Shown here in pieces: positions 6,660-10,290 of a stretch of DNA of 10,290 nucleotides. The stretch's first letter is position 1; the number at the start of each line of letters is the position of its first letter. The stretch is from assembly GCA_964426185.1 (NCBI GenBank), contig CAYRPF010000092.1:1-10290 (forward strand), read 5' to 3'. The stretch is from an uncultured archaeon (GTDB lineage Archaea > Asgardarchaeota > Lokiarchaeia > Sigyniarchaeales > Promethearchaeaceae). The notes under the pieces were generated by a model that had not been told where the DNA came from, did not search any database, and worked only from the letters and a program-made list of their open reading frames with translations. The position numbers and the translations under genes are program-made.

Positions 6660-7460
6660 ATGACAGTTGAAATTGATGACAGTGGAACGGGTGATATCAT
6701 AGGTCCCGCCTTTATTTTATTTTGGCGTAGAGAAACAAACACTTTGGTTAAAAAAGAAGTCCCTTTAGAGCTTTACCAACAGAAAAATTTCAACACGCTT
6801 ACAAAGGAATATATTCGGGAGTTATTTAAAGAGGTTTTCCAAATAATGGATATCCCTCCAACTGAAGATATCTGGTTATGCACCGGTCCTTGTTTTGATG
6901 AAGCGCGTAAATGGTTGCAAGAAAACCGTTACAACTATCACGATGCAAAAATTGAAGGTTATCTGCAAACACAAGTGGAATCGACTTATCTTGATTATCT
7001 TATTGAAAATTATGACTTTCCTAAAGAAAAGGCAATTTTAGAAAGTGGAAAAAAGAGATTCTTTGCAATTTTTAATTGGGTCGTAGATGATTTTCCTAGG
7101 CGGATAAAATTTATTAAATCGGGATTTGATAAATGGCAATCGAAATGGAAAAATGAAGCTGAAACTTTGTGGATGAAAAAAATGGTTGAAATTTCATCCA
7201 ATACCAAAGAAGTAGGAAAAATTAGGATGAATGAAAGAATTCAAAATAAACAATCGTATAAATCAAATCAAAATACTAATCATCCTTCAAAATCTTTCTC
7301 TAAAAAAACAAATTCTAAAAAAAGAAATAAATCATATTCAACGAAAATTTCAAAATCAAGGAAGAAATACCCGAAGAAGAAAAAAACTTATAGTAAGACG
7401 CATCAACAAGCATCAAATTCATCAAAATACAAAAAAGACCCAATGCAAAAATTTTATTAA
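6660..7460 (+). CDS. Conserved hypothetical protein with RNase HII-like N-terminal motif and a Lys/Ser-rich basic tail
   Basis: The N-terminus VEIDDSGTGDIIGP resembles the RNase HII G(I/V)DEAGRG..xGP motif. A globular region of about 175 aa is followed by a low-complexity K/S/N/Q tail of about 85 aa. The CDS is well supported, but the nuclease function is inferred. Confidence 0.75.
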   Translation: MTVEIDDSGTGDIIGPAFILFWRRETNTLVKKEVPLELYQQKNFNTLTKEYIRELFKEVFQIMDIPPTEDIWLCTGPCFDEARKWLQENRYNYHDAKIEGYLQTQVESTYLDYLIENYDFPKEKAILESGKKRFFAIFNWVVDDFPRRIKFIKSGFDKWQSKWKNEAETLWMKKMVEISSNTKEVGKIRMNERIQNKQSYKSNQNTNHPSKSFSKKTNSKKRNKSYSTKISKSRKKYPKKKKTYSKTHQQASNSSKYKKDPMQKFY

Positions 7461-7489
7461 TTATTCCCTTTTTTATATCTGAAGCAGTA

Positions 7490-8035
7490 ATGAAGATATA
7501 CCCTTATTTGATTCCTATTTCTGCAACATCCACAATGAACATTGCTAAAAATGGTAAATTTTGGCAATCCATTGTTTATAGGTATGAAGATGGAAATTTT
7601 GACCAAACGCAAAACAATTACAAACACTATTTGAAAAATTCAACAAATTTCCAAAATGAGCTTCTATTATTCTCCCAAAATATGCAGAATATCTTAGATT
7701 CTGAACGAAATTATGTGAATGATACTCAAGTTTACCCGAAAGTTATAAATTGTGCTATTTTCTTCTTGCAACCGAAAATTTCTGAAGTTCAATGGTCAAT
7801 AGAATTTCAGGGACCCTTCAAACTTGGAGATAACATATATTCAAGTTATATAGATGCTGCAACCATAGACTATCCCATCCATTCTATTTACATATTTGAT
7901 TCCATGATTGAAGTTCAAACGGTAACAACTTCTTTATCCTATCGAATAGATCAATCGAAAAGAGTAGTGGAATATTGGGGAAAGAAAGGTGAATATTTAC
8001 AAGATTTTGAACAAATTTCTTTTCGGTTGTATTAA
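7490..8035 (+). CDS. Archaeal hypothetical protein (beta-rich, soluble)
   Basis: A 181-aa ORF 29 nt downstream of the previous gene on the same strand. The segments NMQNILDSE..VN...VYPKV, IEFQG..KLGDNIY and EQISFRL resemble, from memory, an uncharacterised archaeal family. No function is assignable. Confidence 0.75.
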   Translation: MKIYPYLIPISATSTMNIAKNGKFWQSIVYRYEDGNFDQTQNNYKHYLKNSTNFQNELLLFSQNMQNILDSERNYVNDTQVYPKVINCAIFFLQPKISEVQWSIEFQGPFKLGDNIYSSYIDAATIDYPIHSIYIFDSMIEVQTVTTSLSYRIDQSKRVVEYWGKKGEYLQDFEQISFRLY

Positions 8036-8038
8036 TTT

Positions 8039-8959
8039 TTAAAAAACAATTGTTTCATCATTGTTTTCTTCCATATCTTTTACCTTTATTTTAAAATTTG
8101 AGTTTATATTATCTGAAGATTTATGTATTTTGTGCAATTTATGAGGCAAATAGACGGTAAAACGAGTGAATTGTGATGGTTTAGATTCAAATTCTATAAA
8201 TCCATCATGGTTTTGAATAATATTTTTGCAGTATGCCAAACCTAGCCCCAATCCTTGGCTTTTTTGATCTTTCAGATGATCACTCTTGCTTTTTTTAGTG
8301 GTAACGAACGGTTCAAAAATATGTTCTTGTATATTTTTTTCAATTCCGATACCGTTATCATAAAATTCTACTGAAATATAGCTATTTAATTCATTTTCCT
8401 GTTGAATCTTCTTTTCTGATACGGTAATTTCAATATAATATTCTTGCTTGTTTTTAGAATTCTCTGTTGATTTCTTTTGGATGGCGAATATGGAATTGTC
8501 AATCAGATTTACAAAAACTTGTTGGATTTGGTCAGAGCGCACCAGTGAAAAAGGTTTAGAAGTATTAATTTTAATATTCAGTTTAATATTCGCTTTAACT
8601 ATCATTGGTTGCATTAATTTAACCACTTTTAACAAGAGGTTTTCAATATTGGTTATTTCAGGATAGTTAGATTTTGTTCGGGTGAATTCCAATAAATTTT
8701 TTGTAATTTTCGAGATTCGTTCACATTCTTCCAGAATTTCCTGTAGATAAGAATAATACTCGTTTTCAGAGGTAATGATAAGTTGATTTTTCTCATGAAT
8801 TTCATCTAATATCAAAGAAACATAGTTCTGAATGATCATAATAGGGTTATTTATTTCATGGGCTACTCCAGAAGCCATTTTTCCCATCAGTAAGAATTTC
8901 TCTGATTCAAGCATCCGGAGGAATAAATTATTAGGAGTTTGAGAAGGGGGATTATCCAT
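8039..8959 (-). CDS. Histidine kinase, HisKA + HATPase_c only (NtrB-like), lacking an input domain
   Basis: H-box GKMASGVAHEINNP, N-box QVFVNLIDNS, G1 DNGIGI, F-box IFEPFVTTK and G2 GLGLGLAYC. Only about 20 aa precede the DHp domain, and there is no TM segment. Confidence 0.92.
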   Translation of the reverse strand: MDNPPSQTPNNLFLRMLESEKFLLMGKMASGVAHEINNPIMIIQNYVSLILDEIHEKNQLIITSENEYYSYLQEILEECERISKITKNLLEFTRTKSNYPEITNIENLLLKVVKLMQPMIVKANIKLNIKINTSKPFSLVRSDQIQQVFVNLIDNSIFAIQKKSTENSKNKQEYYIEITVSEKKIQQENELNSYISVEFYDNGIGIEKNIQEHIFEPFVTTKKSKSDHLKDQKSQGLGLGLAYCKNIIQNHDGFIEFESKPSQFTRFTVYLPHKLHKIHKSSDNINSNFKIKVKDMEENNDETIVF

Positions 8960-9033
8960 TGATAATTATTTCTCGCACATAAAACATAAATAACTTGTTA
9001 CCCTTTGTTAACGAGAATTCTGTTCAGATTAAT

Positions 9034-9076
9034 GAAAAAGTAATAAAAAGATAAGAAATATATTAACAAAAAAAAT
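9034..9076 (-). terminator. Oligo-T terminator candidate after the thiolase
   Basis: A long T run starts a few nt after the stop codon on the minus strand, followed by further T5 tracts. Confidence 0.45.
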
Positions 9077-9081
9077 TCAAT

Positions 9082-10290
9082 CTAAATTCGTTCCAGATGA
9101 ACAGCTTCAGATACCCCTCCGCCTCCGCAAAGGGTTACCAAGCCGTGAGTTTTATTGGAATGAATTAATTCATAAAGCAAGGTCACCATGATTCGAGCGC
9201 CAGTACAACCCACTGGATGGCCTAATCCAATACCTGATCCGTGAACATTTGTAATATCTCGATTAAGTCCTAATCCTTTCTCAACAGCTAAATATTGAGA
9301 AGCAAATGCCTCATTTACTTCAATACGTTCAAACAGATCTAATGATACGCTTGTTCTCTTTAAGAGATCTTTGACGGCAGGGATTGGGCTTTCACCCATG
9401 TAGTATGGATGATTAGCCCCCATTCCCACTCCTGCAATACGGGCTAAAGGTTTCAATCCTAGTTCGTTGGCTTTCTCTTCAGACATGATTACTAAAGCCG
9501 CAGCGCCATCATTGATACCTGAAGAATTTCCAGCAGTTACCGTTCCAGTTTTTGGAATAAATGCTGGCCGTAATGCTGCGAGTTGTTCCATAGTTAAATT
9601 CTTCCGATAATGCTCGTCTTTATCCATCACGAATTCTTTACGCCGAGTTTTTACAGTGATTGGAACTATTTCATCCGCAAAAAATCCCTCGTTATTTGCT
9701 CTTTCGGCTTCATTATGAGAACGAAGTGCCACTTCATCTTGCTGTTCCCGAGTGAATCCATGTTTTTGCGCTAAAAATTCAGCCGTTAATCCCATAATAT
9801 AGGGTTTTCCTCGGTAATATTCATCAGGAAAATCACCCGTCCCTTCTTTAGGATATGGAACAAAATGGCTTCCAGCATGTAGTCCATGAATTAGGCCGTC
9901 TTTAAAGGTGCGATCTTGCAGACGAGCTCCCCAACGAGTTTCTTCACTGACGTATGGAACATTCGACATGGATTCTACCCCTCCTGCTAAAACAACATCA
10001 GAAACTCCGGCCATGATTTGCCATGCTCCGGAAACTACAGCTTCCATTCCAGAGATACAAACACGATTAATTGTTACAGCTGGAATTGTTTCAGGTAATC
10101 CTGCTATTAATTGAGCCACACGTGCAATATTTAATGCATCAACAGGCTCTAAGCAACAACCAAACCGAATATCACCAATCTCTTTAGGATCAATTCTTGC
10201 TCGAGATACTGCTTCATTCATCACATGAGCGGCAAGCTGAGGTGCGGGTACACTTTTCAATGATCCACCAAATGCACCTATTGGCGTTCG
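9082..10290 (-). CDS. Acetyl-CoA C-acyltransferase (thiolase), 5'-truncated by the window edge
   Basis: Motifs TINRVCISG (acylated Cys), [35 protein letters not shown] and TLCGGGG. The frame stays open to 10290 ([15 protein letters not shown], the conserved thiolase N-terminal motif), so the TTG at 10260 is not the true start. Confidence 0.96.
   Translation of the reverse strand, partial: RTPIGAFGGSLKSVPAPQLAAHVMNEAVSRARIDPKEIGDIRFGCCLEPVDALNIARVAQLIAGLPETIPAVTINRVCISGMEAVVSGAWQIMAGVSDVVLAGGVESMSNVPYVSEETRWGARLQDRTFKDGLIHGLHAGSHFVPYPKEGTGDFPDEYYRGKPYIMGLTAEFLAQKHGFTREQQDEVALRSHNEAERANNEGFFADEIVPITVKTRRKEFVMDKDEHYRKNLTMEQLAALRPAFIPKTGTVTAGNSSGINDGAAALVIMSEEKANELGLKPLARIAGVGMGANHPYYMGESPIPAVKDLLKRTSVSLDLFERIEVNEAFASQYLAVEKGLGLNRDITNVHGSGIGLGHPVGCTGARIMVTLLYELIHSNKTHGLVTLCGGGGVSEAVHLERI

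Noticed and set aside
7010-7482. ORFs 7010-7207 (-) and 7231-7482 (+); possible programmed frameshift at the A runs
   Set aside because: A-rich, T-poor sequence readily leaves a second frame open, the products have no motifs, and no stimulatory structure was seen.
8448-10114. + strand ORFs 8448-8666 and 9908-10114
   Set aside because: They are antisense shadows of the histidine kinase and the thiolase.
10258-10260. TTG start assigned to the thiolase by the ORF track
   Set aside because: The frame continues upstream through the conserved [11 protein letters not shown] motif, so the true start lies outside the window.
1-10290. CRISPR arrays, tRNA/rRNA genes, IS elements or a recognisable defence system
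   Set aside because: No repeat-spacer periodicity, GC-rich structured RNA, transposase/integrase motifs or terminal inverted repeats were seen.

Overview
AT-rich archaeal-looking window, most likely from an Asgard archaeon (Lokiarchaeia/Promethearchaeia-like). This is an inference from a Roadblock-small GTPase fusion, an ADP-forming acyl-CoA synthetase beta subunit, TATA/BRE-like promoters and oligo-T terminators. Gene order: 5' end of a signal-peptide-bearing protein missed by the ORF track (1-243, -); ACD beta subunit (-); N-terminal Roadblock/LC7-like domain fused to a Rab-like GTPase (-); a P2A Ca2+-ATPase keeping the full SERCA two-site ligand set (-); a COG1058/CinA N-terminal-type protein (-); a divergent pair consisting of an RNase H-fold-like protein with a very basic tail and an archaeal hypothetical (+); a sensorless histidine kinase (-); and a 5'-truncated bacterial-type thiolase (-). 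No RNA genes, CRISPR arrays or mobile elements were found. The strongest lead is a possible signalling neighbourhood: a SERCA-like pump directly upstream of a Roadblock-Rab-like GTPase fusion, with an orphan histidine kinase nearby.
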